Shown: positions 26,118 through 26,400 of the stretch, in pieces
How the letters are laid out: the number at the start of each line of letters is the position of its first letter
Numbering within the stretch: the stretch's first letter is position 1
Virus record (IMG/VR): IMGVR_UViG_3300042505_000658
Coordinates: 1-26,400 of that record
From: a virus
Taxonomy: Duplodnaviria > Caudoviricetes
Strand: one strand, 5' to 3'
Length of the DNA: 26,400 nt
The notes under the pieces: generated by a model
What the model saw: the letters and a program-made list of their open reading frames with translations, nothing else
Databases searched by the model: none
What the model was told of the DNA's origin: nothing
Translations under genes and position numbers: made by a program

Positions 26118-26400
26118 GATATTGGACCTGGAACGAAATCAAATCAAAGGTGCTGCGCGACCTTGATCTTGAAGGTGAGACATTCATCAATGAGGCAGAG
26201 CTTCTAGGTTACGCCAATGAGGCTATTGATGAAGTAGAACGCCAGATCCTTACTCTTTGTGAAGACTATTTCTTGGCTAGAGGCCAAATCACTCTTGTTC
26301 CTGGAGAAGAAGAATACAACATCCCAAATAACATCTACGGCATGAAGATCCGTCAGATTATTTACCGATCCGGCACACAAGTCTGGAAACTTAAACGTCT
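26114..26400 (+). CDS. Putative head-tail adaptor (tail tubular A-like), truncated by the right edge
   Basis: Not in the ORF track. ATG 26114 with GGGAG RBS; MRYWTWNEIKSKVLRDLD...ELLGYANEAIDEV...ITLVPGEEEYNIP is open to the edge and fits the adaptor pattern. Confidence 0.7.
   Translation, partial: MRYWTWNEIKSKVLRDLDLEGETFINEAELLGYANEAIDEVERQILTLCEDYFLARGQITLVPGEEEYNIPNNIYGMKIRQIIYRSGTQVWKLKR

Larger units (their letters stand above)
1..26400. mobile_element. Tailed dsDNA bacteriophage genome segment, podovirus-like (free phage or prophage not determinable)
   Basis: TerL, portal, scaffold, capsid, tail fibres with an S74 chaperone, collar domain, DnaB-like helicase and M15 peptidase in dense phage-like order; no tape measure, sheath, integrase or host genes in view. 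Confidence 0.96.

Overview
The window is a fragment of a tailed dsDNA phage genome with podovirus-like morphogenesis genes; no host housekeeping genes, integrase, tRNA, rRNA or CRISPR array were seen. From left to right: (1) a Gp157-like gene, an M15 peptidase (probable endolysin), a replication initiator carrying an internal iteron-type origin, a DnaB-like helicase and small Cys-rich genes; (2) a convergent HExxH protein and metallophosphoesterase pair; (3) a block of about 3.3 kb (5240-8560) of small, probably early genes including a GP88-like protein, flanked by long regulatory regions; (4) a structural operon: putative TerS, TerL, portal, scaffold, major capsid, tail fibre and collar proteins, a lipoprotein, a nozzle-like protein with four inserted ~46-aa repeats, and a truncated adaptor. 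The most striking signal is three sigma-54-type (-24/-12) promoters with nearly identical architecture: a TGT-N11-ACA palindrome, 24-25 bp, an IHF-like box, 5 bp, then TGG-N10-GCA. Two are divergent and share a palindrome pair. A further array of three palindromes and two perfect IHF boxes lies just before the terminase genes. This suggests enhancer-dependent control of the early genes and/or a packaging site. Product calls rest on motif recognition and gene order; no database search was run.
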